From IMG/VR virus record IMGVR_UViG_3300034066_001434, positions 1 to 55,845 of that record: a stretch of DNA of 55,845 bases. One strand, 5' to 3'. This stretch comes from a virus (taxonomy: Duplodnaviria > Caudoviricetes). This document shows positions 55,105-55,845 of the stretch, piece after piece. The notes under the pieces were generated by a model. The model made no database searches. It was not told the origin of the DNA and saw nothing but the letters and a program-made list of their open reading frames with translations. The position numbers were made by a program, and so were the translations under genes. The stretch's first letter is position 1, and each line of letters begins with the position of its first letter.

Positions 55105-55269
55105 ATGGCTTATCTAAGTTACCGAGGGTCGATCTTTGACCAAATTCGAGATGACATCAAACTTGATAGCATCTATCGCAAAAAGAGACTTGACAAGTAT
55201 GAGGATGAGTCCTATGATGATTACGCTACAGACTACGATTACGATTACACTTTCGATTACGCAGACTAA
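55105..55269 (+). CDS. Small Asp/Tyr-rich hypothetical protein
   Basis: ATG 55105 lies downstream of the promoter; DY-repeat C-terminus. Confidence 0.6.
   Translation: MAYLSYRGSIFDQIRDDIKLDSIYRKKRLDKYEDESYDDYATDYDYDYTFDYAD
55190..55218 (+). promoter_or_regulatory. Intragenic sigma70-like promoter
   Basis: TTGACA, 17 bp, TATGAT. Confidence 0.7.
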
Positions 55270-55278
55270 TTACTAACT

Positions 55279-55461
55279 ATGGGACGCACATTTCGTAAAG
55301 GAAACAAATCTCAAACTGGCAATCTCTCTGAGCTTCGCCAGAATGCATCACTTCAAGATCTTGAATATGATGAAGGATTCCAGAATTACAAAATTTCTGG
55401 AAAGAAGCGTTGGAATCGTAATGAATCCACGTTCCGAGATTATGACGATTACGAGTATTGA
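55279..55461 (+). CDS. Small hypothetical protein
   Basis: 60 aa; MGRTFRK start, DY-rich end. Confidence 0.7.
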   Translation: MGRTFRKGNKSQTGNLSELRQNASLQDLEYDEGFQNYKISGKKRWNRNESTFRDYDDYEY

Positions 55462-55469
55462 TCTTTCCA

Positions 55470-55493
55470 GGGGAACTTAATCAGTTCCCTTTT
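55470..55493 (+). terminator. Probable terminator
   Basis: GGGGAACT-TAATC-AGTTCCCT followed by TTT. Confidence 0.65.
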
Positions 55494-55498
55494 CTACT

Positions 55499-55684
55499 AT
55501 GACACACTATGACAAGCTGATTGACACTATTAAAGACCATTTGTATGGTTACTATTCTCATGGTATAAACCAGGATGGTTGGGATGAATCGGATGCAAAT
55601 GAATCTGCACAACTAATTCTTCAAGCAGTAGAAGAGTTTCAATCTACTCGTACTAAACTTACACAATGGAGGGCCAGTGACTGA
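55499..55684 (+). CDS. Small hypothetical protein
   Basis: 61 aa ORF. Confidence 0.7.
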   Translation: MTHYDKLIDTIKDHLYGYYSHGINQDGWDESDANESAQLILQAVEEFQSTRTKLTQWRASD

Positions 55685-55826
55685 ATTTACACTAGAACAA
55701 AAGAAGATTATCTTTAACGCTGTACGGTACTATCAAATGAATAAAGTACCACTTAATGGTAAAGAGTATGGTGTTTGTGATGATATTTTAAATAATCTAT
55801 TCATAGAAACTAAACTAGAAAGATGA
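55677..55826 (+). CDS. Small hypothetical protein (49 aa, GTG start)
   Basis: MTEFTLEQKKIIFNAVRYYQMNKV...; GGAGG RBS upstream. Confidence 0.6.
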   Translation: MTEFTLEQKKIIFNAVRYYQMNKVPLNGKEYGVCDDILNNLFIETKLER

Positions 55827-55845
55827 AAGCAGGAAACTACGTTAA

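Overview
55.8 kb of an AT-rich T4-like cyanophage (cyanomyovirus) genome. In order: the 3' end of psbA; an Endo VII-type (F-CphI-like) free-standing homing endonuclease; tRNA-Ser and small ORFs; a replication and metabolism block (glutaredoxin, RNase H, thyX, DenV-like protein, phoH, exonuclease, gp33, gp59, gp32); a baseplate and head-completion block (gp53, gp48, gp4, gp2, gp54-like, gp26, gp51-like, two paralogous tape-measure/lysin proteins, gp27-like hub, CP12, gp5); two more tRNAs and speD; about 28 kb of large mosaic tail-fibre and virion genes; and a final cluster of small ORFs. The most notable observations are: (1) a candidate -1 programmed frameshift (T TTT TTC plus a downstream stem-loop) that would fuse gp26 to a gp51-like ORF with no usable start codon, directly upstream of the tape-measure genes and analogous to lambda G/GT; (2) an intronless psbA with an unusual AGG codon at R334 next to an F-CphI-like endonuclease; (3) tandem tape-measure paralogs carrying different peptidoglycan-hydrolase cassettes; (4) a perfect-consensus antisense sigma70 promoter firing into the tail-fibre operon that shares an inverted-repeat motif with the gp32 promoter; and (5) GC-rich islands inside the 2237-aa tail fibre. 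Functional calls rest on recognised motifs and synteny only; no database searches were run.
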